The position numbers and the translations under genes are program-made. From the human T2T-CHM13v2.0 reference genome, Homo sapiens: a DNA stretch of 64,000 bases. Below the pieces are notes generated by a model, which saw nothing but the letters and a program-made list of their open reading frames with translations, made no database searches and was not told the DNA's origin. The DNA lies in the NCBI RefSeq assembly GCF_009914755.1, contig NC_060925.1, one strand, 5' to 3'. Shown here in pieces: positions 54,630 to 64,000 of the stretch. Numbering within the stretch: the first letter of the stretch is position 1; each line of letters starts with the position of its first letter.

Positions 54630-54743
54630 TATATTGGAGAGACATTTGCACCCCCATGTTTATTGCAGCACTATTTACAATAGCCAAGATACGGAACAAA
54701 TCTAGGTGTCCAACAGCAGATAAGTGGATGAAGAAAATGTGGC

Positions 54744-54802
<59 letters not shown>

Positions 54803-55585
54803 ATGGAATACTATTCAGCCATAAAAAAGAAAAAAAATCCTGTCATTGACAGTAACATGAATGGAATTGGAAGACATTACGGTAAGTGAAATAAGCCAGG
54901 GATAGAAAGATAAACACTGAATATTCTCACTCTCATGTGGAAGCTAAGAAAAGCTAATATCATAGCAGTAAAAAGTTGAACAGAGGATGCTAGAGGCTGA
55001 GAAAGGAGGGATATGGGAAGATCTGTTAAAGAATAAAAATTATGGCTGGGCGTGGTGGCTCACGCCTGTAATCCCAGCACTTCAGTAGGCCGAGGTGGAC
55101 CGATCATCTGAGGTGGGGAGTTTGAGACCAACCTGACCAACATGGAGAAACCCCGTCTCCACTAAAAATACAAAATTAGCCAGGCATGGTGACGCATGCC
55201 TGTAATCCCAGCCACTCAGGAGGCTGAGGCAGGAGAATCACTTGAACCCGGGAGGCAGAGGTTGTGCTGAGCCAAGCTTGTGCTATTGCACTCCAGCCTG
55301 GGCAACAAGAGTAAAATTCTGTCTCAAAGAAAAAAATTACAGCTATATAGGAGGGATTATTTCTATTATTCTGTACCTCTATGGGATGACTCTAGTTAAC
55401 AATAATATATAGTTTCAAATAGCTAGAAAGAGAATATTTAATGTTCCTAACACAAGGAAATAAGTATTTGAGATGATGGATTTGCTAATTATCCTGATCT
55501 AATCACTATATATGTATCAAGACATCACTGTGTACCTCATACATATATGCAACTATTATTTGTCAACTAAAAATAAAATAATAAT
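54630..55585 (+). mobile_element. L1MA 3' end interrupted by a (TA)(CA)n repeat (54745-54801) and an Alu
   Basis: [30 protein letters not shown]2 terminus and L1MA 3'UTR motifs. Confidence 0.88.
55044..55337 (+). mobile_element. AluSp-like
   Basis: CCTGACCAACATGGAGAAACCCC is diagnostic. TSD AAAAATTA. Confidence 0.92.
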
Positions 55586-56744
55586 ATTTATTGAACATTA
55601 CATCACTCTAGGCACTGAAAAGAGATTCATGAACTTCTGTACTGGCCCATTAAACATTTAAGAGTATATAAGGCATTGGAATGAAAGAAAGAAGGAAGAA
55701 AGGAAAAAATAGAGGGAGGGAAGCCACTCCTTCCATTAATACTGGCACCTTTTGCAAATTTCCTCTTTACTCCTCATGGTGTTTTTTAAAGAAAGTCTAT
55801 ACAATCTCTCAGGACCTATTTCAAATGTCACCCTTTCCCAAAAGCTTGAGTGATCCTCCAGTTGAAATCAATCATTTCCCAGTGAATGTGTGGTCATTGT
55901 ACCTGATACCTGTTTTATACCTACTGCCCTCATCTCATGCTGGAGACATCTGGTCTACCTTTGACTCCAACACTGTGTACTCTGTGAGACAGGGTGATGC
56001 CATATATTTTTCATACTCTCACAATATATAGCATAGCTCCATATATGTAATACTTAAGCCCAACAACTGTTTTTTGACTGCAATTATATCTCTTATTGAG
56101 GGTTTTTTCCACCCTCTTTTTACCCTCACTTACTGGAATATTTATACCACAATCAAGAGGATCATCATCACTGCCATCATCATCATCATCGTGTAGGTAT
56201 AAACATCATTACAATTAGAGAAGCTGTAAAAAAAATTGAAAAAGTGTTTTTTTATTTAAACTCAGTGAGAAAAAAACATAACCACAAAGTCGCTTATCTT
56301 TAAAACTTTTTGGTGAAGGTAGAGAAGTGCCATAAAAAAACACAACATATTTCTGAAACCTCAATTTCCTGTGAGTCATCCTTAGGGAAATACAATATGA
56401 AAAGAATCAGCACAGATTCCAGATGGGAAGGTTCCTTGAAATACCCTTGGAGTTGCATGAGGATGTCTTATGAATTCAATGGTTTGTGATTTATTAATCT
56501 ATACTGGGTCTGGATAAGAAATGTGTAATCCAGACTCGTCCTTCTCACTCTCTGTCTCTTGCTCTCCAAGTCTTCTTATTTCAAGTGTTCACAGTAAAGT
56601 TGCCTAAACAAGGAGGATTTTTTGAGTTTATGGAATTCAGTAATAGTTGCTAATAACATTCTTGGAGTTGCTTCATCGGGTTACTTTGTTGAATAGGTAT
56701 AGATGATCAGTCTCATTTTTTATTCAGTGAATCAGTTACTACTG

Positions 56745-56990
56745 GCAAGAAGCAATACGTCATGGAGATTAAGGGTATGAGACGTGAAGTTAAATTTCCT
56801 GGGTTTGTATGTTAACTCAACTAAATTATGAACTGTGTGACCATCAACTGGTAACTGAACCTCTTTGTGTTTCAGTTTCCCAATCTTACCTATCTCTTAA
56901 CATGTATTTGCACTATTAGATTTATTAGTATATATCAATTTCTTACTAGCACATATAAGTACTCAGTAAGTCTTAGATATCATTATCAAA
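56745..56990 (+). mobile_element. MIR
   Basis: CTGTGTGACC..AACCTCTTTGTGTTTCAGTTTCC..GCACATATAAGTACTCAGTAA. Confidence 0.7.
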
Positions 56991-57029
56991 ATTAAAACTT
57001 TTATCTTTCCCAAACTTAACCCAAACATG

Positions 57030-57160
57030 CCCCTTTCTCCCTCCCTCTGCTCCTTCCTTCTTTCGTTCCTTCCTTCCTTCTTTTCTCCCTTCACTTCCTA
57101 CTTCCTTCTTTCCTTTCTTCCTTCACTCCCTTCCTTTCTTCCTTCACTCCCTTCTTCCTT
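57030..57160. repeat. (TTCC)n-like pyrimidine low-complexity tract
   Basis: Directly visible. Confidence 0.9.
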
Positions 57161-60100
57161 AACAGATATTATTGAAAAACTATGGATGCCCCATAATCCT
57201 CTATGTGTATGGAGAAAAAGAGGTAAACAAAACAGAAAACCTTCTTTTCATAAGGGGAGTCTTTGTTCATGAAAGGGGCCCTGACAATAAGCAAATCAAT
57301 CTACAACATAATGCCAGAGAGCAATGACGAATATGCATTGTGAGGGAAAATAAAACAAGGTAAAGTGAACATGGGACTGTTGCAAGTACAAAGGGGAATA
57401 ATAACATAGGGAAATTTGAAGTGAACTAAAGTGAATAATTGTTTTAAATTGCATAGTACATAATGTGTGTTTGCTGTTTTAAACTTATGTGAAGAAGGTG
57501 CTCATCTAAACTGCTATACTTTGCTCTGTCAGTTTATACTTGTCCTGGAGACATTTGGAAGCCCAGATTGCCATAAAGTATAGCTAACCAGGAAGAAAGG
57601 GATCTGGGATCCTTGACACATGCTCTAGGATCTATAGAGAATCCACAAAGCCTGAAAGGCAGTGATCGAGGGCAGTTCAATCTCTAGTCAATATTACAGA
57701 GTCCCTGGTTAAGTAATAATGGTAGTGGCATTTTAAAAATTATGAAACTGAGACTTCTGGAGGCCAAATGACTTGTATTGGTTTCATAATTTGTACATGG
57801 GAATTTAATACCTACCTGATGGATTTGTAGTAGAGATTAAAGCTAGTGGATGAAAGTGAGGAATGAATGACTAAACCCATCACGATTGGACTCCACGTCT
57901 ATGGTATCTTCACCAGGCAGCCCTCCTGAGCCCAGCAGGGAGACTAACATTGGCATGAAGGACATCTCCCTCCAAGGCTGAGAATGCTTGTGCAAGGGTG
58001 ATGAGTACTGTTTGAAGATACAGGGACTATTAGGACAAGAAAAATCCCTCAAACTAAAGGAACTAAAGTGCCTGGCATTAAAACAAGATAAGAACTGGGG
58101 CAAGAGGAAAGAGATACCAGAACAAAGGTTTAAGAGAGTAGCTTTTTAAGAAGATCAACACAGAAGCACAGTTATTAGAAGTAAGTCACAGGTGAATATG
58201 AGATTAATAGCAAATTTTGCTTCCCTGCTCACTAGAAAATATATAGGGCTTCATATTTCCTAGATACAGATGGAGCCTGTCCTTGTGCTTAAGGTGTAAT
58301 TAAGAAGTGTTGAGGTCAACAGACAGCCATTTATGATGACATTGAAAAATATATAAAGTCATGGATGGACTATAATGTTGATCATGAGTTAATATTCATA
58401 ATCCTTAATACTTAGGATCCCTAATCATTAAACCTTAAATAGCAACGGCTGTCATGTGTTAATTCCCCTAAATATTTTTATTAAGTATAAAGGTTCAGAA
58501 GTAGACACTGTATAGTAGAAAACACAGAGATCTTGAAATTAAAACCTGACTTTTTATTTTAATTCCCAATCAATATGATCTTAGACTAGTCTTCTAATTT
58601 CTCTCAGAATCTTCAGCTATAAAATTGACACCATTCTTGCTCTAAATTGGTTATAAAATTGTTATTAAGAAAATATGAGTTAATACACTTGAAAAGTATG
58701 AAATACTGACATAAAAGGTGATATTTTTGCTTGCATATACAGTTGCAGGTAAAATTTATTAAACAAGTTGTATACAGTGATTATACTAGGAGTTATTATT
58801 ATTTAGGATAATTGTGGTGATTCTTTGGCCAAGTTTTCAATCCTTGTAAAAATAAATAGTTTCTCCAATTCATCCATTTATAACCTTTTTTTTGTTGTTG
58901 ACTTTACTCATATTTTAAGTCAGGATCTTGAGCCCAGGTTATATAAATATTTTACTCAACTGTATGGAAGTGGAAGGCCACTTCTTTTAGAATGGTGATG
59001 AAGGCTGCTAGGACAGATATTCTTGGGTGAACCTGATAGTTGAGTGTTGAAAGAACCTCAGACACTTTGTTCGGTGGTAATCTGAACTGAGTAGACTTCA
59101 GAGGTGGTCCAGACTGCAGATGGAAACTATCAAGAGCCCATTGCAACAACAGAATAGAAGGCAGCTGTATTATGCAGTTGACCATAACCTACTCAGGGGA
59201 GAAGTGGGAAAGATTAAGAACATGGTGGAAAGAATCTGGCTTTTATATGGGTTCAGTTGTGCAATATCATGAAAGTTATTCACTTTTTTCTTTCTCCACA
59301 CTTATAATTACTCTTCAGTGAGTCCTGTCATTATGCACATGGTTATTTTTTTTTTTTTATTTTGAAAAGGACTCAGATGGGAAGAGATGTTTGACTCTCT
59401 GTCATTTCCTGGAGACACTGGATTTAGATGAATCTCAATAATATCAGGAATGAAAGAAATATTAGAGAGGTTTAATGCCCTAAGTGCTCTGCATCAGCAA
59501 AGGTGCTAGAGGACTTTGACTATTTTGATAATGGTGGTTACTCCTTCTAAGAGTACAAAACTTACCACAATCCTGTAAGGCAAGAGAAACTACTCAGTAT
59601 TTCTCATGCACTAGGTAGCATCATCCACTTAGTAGACACCTATCTAATTTTTAGAAAACATACATACATAAGAAGAAAGTTATTTTTGTAATATGAATCT
59701 TGAACTTTCAAGTCTATAATGTGATGTCGAATGCTCCGGGATACTTGCTGGTCCATGAAGCTAAACAGTCCATGAGTTGAAGCCTTCACTGTTTCCTAGA
59801 CTTCACTCAAAGGGTTAATTTTATTTATCAGAATCCTCTGTGTTTGGCAGCTTGTGGCACTATTGCACGTGTCCTTAGAAACATTAGAAATGCCCACAAT
59901 ATAATTCTTTCCCTGATCAAAATTCCACTCAAATGAAAACCAGGGATGTAGTTTTCTTCCAACCAAAATTAACTTTGCAACTGTGTCGTCCAGATGTACA
60001 ACATCTTTGACAGTTTGTTTATGGATTGTACACAAGTACTGCTTTGGAAAAAAAAGAGAAGCTGTTGTTTTGGCAGTTGACTGTCAATGCATTTGGGTAG

Positions 60101-60642
60101 TTGTTTGTGGAACCTTTACTGGAAATCTGAACATCTGACTGACTCAGAGGATGGCTTTGTTTGGTTCTCTGCCAATCAGATCCTCCTAAGCCCTCAGAAT
60201 CTTATACACAATTTAGCTTGCTATCACGTTCTATTAAGATACAGCTGTAGTTTGGTGGAGTATGTGTGGCATTTCAAATTATATACTCTAAGAATGGCAC
60301 ATCCAACTTAGTTAATCATGATTCCGGGCATTGCTCTGAATTTCAATGATTTTCTTGCAGAAGAAAAGAGAAGGGATATGAATTTTCCACTATTTTCTTG
60401 CTGTTGATGAGTTTGTAACCGCATCAAAAGTCATTTAGAGTCATCTTGTTATTTTAATAGGTTATACCTGCAATGTCATACAATAAAATAATCAACTCAT
60501 GACTTCTCAGTGACCAAACATCCAGTAAAATGAGTCTTAAAAAAGTTAAATTGAGTCGTATCATTTGCAGAAAAATTGTAAGAATGTTATTAGTGGAGAC
60601 AGTTTAATTCATCCAAAAGTTTCATTTAAAACACTTTGCCTG

Positions 60643-61573
60643 TGTCTTAGTCAGCTCAGGCTGACATATACTGCGTGGCTTAAACAACATAAATTTATTT
60701 TCTCACCATTCTGGAGCTAGAGGTCCAAGATCAAGATGCCACCATGGTTGGGTTTTGGTGGGGGCACTCTTCCTGGCTTATAGATGCTGTCACATGGTGG
60801 GAGTGTGGGAGTAGGGGGCTGAGGAGGTGGGAGTGAGGGTGAGTGGGAGAGACAGCAAGACTAACCTCTCTGGTGTGTCTTCAACTACAATTTTATTTTA
60901 TTTTATTTTATATTTTATTTTATCTTATCTTATCTTATTTTATTTTATTTTACTTGAAACAAAGTTTCACTCTATGCCCAGGCTGAAGTGTAATGTTGCG
61001 ATCTTGGCTCACTGCAGCCTCCACCTCCCAGATTCAAGTGATTCTTGTGCCTCAGCCTCTCTAGTAGCTGAGATTACAGGCGTGCATCACCACCCCTGAC
61101 TAATTCTTATATTTTTAGTAGAGACAGGGTTTCATCATGTTGGCCAGGCTGGTCTCAAGTTCTTGGCATCAAGTGATTCACCCACCTTGGCCTCTCAAAA
61201 TTCTAGGATTACAGGTGCGAACCACCATGTCTGGGCAACCTTTTGTTTGTTTCGTTTTGTTTTTCATTATTTTTGTAGAACTGTGGTCTCACTATTTTGC
61301 CCAGACTAGTCTTAAACTCCTTACCTCAAGCGTTCCTCCCACCTTGGCCTTTCAAAGTATCGGGATTACAGACATGAGCAACCATGCTGTGCCTGGTGTC
61401 TCTTCTTAGATTAGTGAAGGGCACCAATCCCATCATAGGGGACCCACCCTCAGAACTTCATCTAAAACTAATTATCTCCTAAAATCCCTATCTCCAAATC
61501 AAGTACTCATCACATCATTGGAAGTTAAGGCTTCAACATATGAATGGGGGGACGCATGATTCAGTCCATAGCA
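60643..61573 (-). mobile_element. MLT1A-type MaLR LTR interrupted by Alus
   Basis: TGTCTTAGTCAGCTCAGGCTG...TTCAGTCCATAGCA. Exact TSD GCCTG (60638-60642, 61574-61578). Confidence 0.9.
60890..61396 (-). mobile_element. Full AluS (60890-61235) plus an adjacent older left monomer (FLAM/AluJ, ~61240-61396)
   Basis: Three consecutive antisense Alu arms flanked by CTGGTGTGTCTTC/CTGGTGTCTCTTC. Confidence 0.88.
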
Positions 61574-63025
61574 GCCTGCTTTGTCACTATTTATACAAAC
61601 CCCAGCTTCTTGCTCTGAATGTGTAGACTATCCGGAGTCTTTCAAGCCTTTTCAGTCAATGGTATAAGACTCTTAACTAAAATTGATTTCATTTGACTTT
61701 AAACTAAATAGTATAAAATATGTAGCCTTCATCCTTGGGGGAACATGGACACTAATAGGGTAAATAAATATTTATAAAATAATGGAGTAATAATTATTAC
61801 TGGGCCCAAAATAGACATAGACTAAAACAAACCAAAGTAAGTTTCCAGGTGAAAAATTCAAAGTCATTGATATAAGAAGCCAGAGCCATTTCAGTGCTTG
61901 GAAGCTGAACCATTCATCTGATGAGCTAATAAACACCAGAGGTTTTGACATTGTGTAGGCATATTTTAGCTCACTAGTAAGTGTGATTTATAATTTATTA
62001 GGCTCATCCCCAGAATAGCACAAAGAGTGGTTCAAACAAACCATTGTGGTAGGTCTATGGTGTACTTATCACTCTGGAAGCGGAACACCTGCCTACAGGC
62101 TACAGAAAGGGCCCTAAGTTAGAACCTTTAAAACCCACCCACCCATCTCTTCAGTGTCCACTTCCAGCTCAGCAGTCAGTGTGGAGAGCGCACATGTCAA
62201 CAGACCAAATAGGCCCTAGCTGGCTGGGTCAGCCCGTGAATTTTCCTAGAAGCCTATCTGCCACATCACAGCTGCCAGTACTGGTTGTACAATTCTTTGG
62301 CTTTCATCCAAGCAATAGTTAATGATCTGAGATTAGGGATTTTTTCCAAGACATTCAGATGCACCATTGTTCATGTCTCACAGGGTGCCTAAACTTAAGA
62401 GCAGTTGTGAAAATAAGTGCTCAAACTTTTAGTAACTCATATCTACCTAGGAGATAGATAGTGACTTTGAAATAAGCTTTTACTTTTCTTAATGTACTAT
62501 TGACTCTGCTCTCTTGTGAAGATTTGAGTTCAAGTTCAGATTCTGCCACTTATCTATGGATCACTACTCAGAAAATCACTTAACTTTTTGATCCTTATTT
62601 ATTCATTCATTTCTTTATTCACAGTTATATTAATATTAGACATTTACTAGTTTTGAACCAAATACTTGAGACTATATTATTCAATCTAGTATATTAGTTG
62701 CTATTTTAAAAAATCACTCCAGCTGCATAAGTAGCACTCTAGCTCGTATTATATTAAATATTTTATTTTAATTGAATCAACTGATTAATTCATCTAAGAC
62801 AAGTTTCATTTTCTATTAATTTGCCCTCTACTCATCTTCAATATATTGGATCATTCTTTTAGCATAATTAATTAAGCCAACCTATTGTTTTTATTTTAGA
62901 CACAAACATATAGAATGAAATAAACCTTGGAGTATTCTATAGGCAAGGATCTGTCTTCAGTCCTGTGAACTCACATTCACTTTTAATTAAGTCCTTGGCA
63001 TTTAAATGTATGTCCCTCCCTAGAA

Positions 63026-63230
63026 CAGTGATTCTCTAAGTGTGGTCCCTGAACTATCGACATCAACAGCATCTAGGAACTTGCTGGAAATATAAAATCT
63101 CACCTCCCCCAAGCCCCTGGAAACCAGACCTATTAAATCAGAAACTTTGGTGGTGGGGCCAGGTTAGTGATATGTATTTTAACAAGTCTTCTAGGTTGAT
63201 CTGATGCATGTTAAAGTTAGAAAACCACTG
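63026..63230. mobile_element. MER5A
   Basis: CAGTGATTCTCTAAGTGTGGTCC...AAAACCACTG. 8-bp TSD CCCTAGAA/GCCTAGAA. Confidence 0.85.
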
Positions 63231-64000
63231 GCCTAGAATATAAGTGGCATGAGGCCTGAGGTCATGTCTCTTACTCACCAATGAATTCCCCAGTGCCTAG
63301 AAAAGTGCTTACATGTCATAGATACAGAATAAATAGTCACTGAATAAGTAAATAAATAAACATGCTTTTATCAATATATTGGAAAGAGGATTATGAGGAC
63401 TAGCTCACAACTAGCAAACAAGAATAGGAGAGATAACAAACATAAACGACGATAATGTCAGAATCCAGAATGTTCTTAAAGCATGGTTTGATAGATCCAG
63501 TAAGAATAAATTTACCATGAGTGACATCAATTTTTGTATATTTGGATAAAAAATGCTTCTGCACTAATATATACTATGAATATATGATTTGATATAATAT
63601 GAAAAAAATGAATTGGATTTTAACTTAAAATTCATTTGACATGAGTAAATAGTGGGTATAGCTGGAAGAAAACATGCTGATGTAATCTCTAGCTGCATTC
63701 TAAGAAGTGTGATATTCTATCTTGAACAAGGAAGGCTCCAATCCTCACTATACTGGTCAGACTTCACTTGAACTATTGAGTTCATTTCTGAGAGGAGAAA
63801 CACACTAAAAGCATTAAAAGGGGAAATAACTATGATCCATCCATTTATGTTTTTTTAAAAAATAAATAAACGAAAACACTAGTAACTGGGACTAAACACT
63901 CAGAATACAAGCAGGAAAAAGACACAGTCACTGATTTTAAGGAGCTCACATATGACAGAGGAGCCAGGCACCTGTGACATATATGAAGCATGGAGCTCTC

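Noticed and set aside
58950-59200. Possible processed pseudogene fragment
   Set aside because: Coding-like composition, but no recognisable parent protein, poly(A) tail or TSD.

Overview
Primate, almost certainly human, genomic DNA. It carries the 3' end of KCNK2 (TREK-1, a two-pore-domain K+ channel) on the + strand. Bases 1-17135 are intronic, the final coding exon is 17136-17453, and a ~2 kb 3'UTR ends near AATAAA/ATTAAA at 19395-19413. The remaining ~45 kb is repeat-rich intergenic DNA: Alu, L1, L2, MIR, MaLR LTRs, and Tigger and hAT DNA transposons. Two fossil ERV-L proviruses can be reassembled by eye on the - strand. One is a deleted LTR16-type element (~29968-33075) retaining integrase and dUTPase remnants. 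The other is a ~9.3 kb LTR41/LTR52-type element (43331-52652) with both LTRs, a near-matching 5-bp TSD and protease/RT/RNaseH/integrase remnants, interrupted by seven younger insertions. The most unusual local structures are a hairpin/tandem mosaic at 44812-44948, an L1PA with its 5' end joined directly to its 3' end, a 27-bp duplication flanking an Alu, and several perfect palindromes. I found no support for a new protein-coding gene or a previously undescribed functional system. Repeat subfamily names come from recalled consensus sequences, and their boundaries are approximate.
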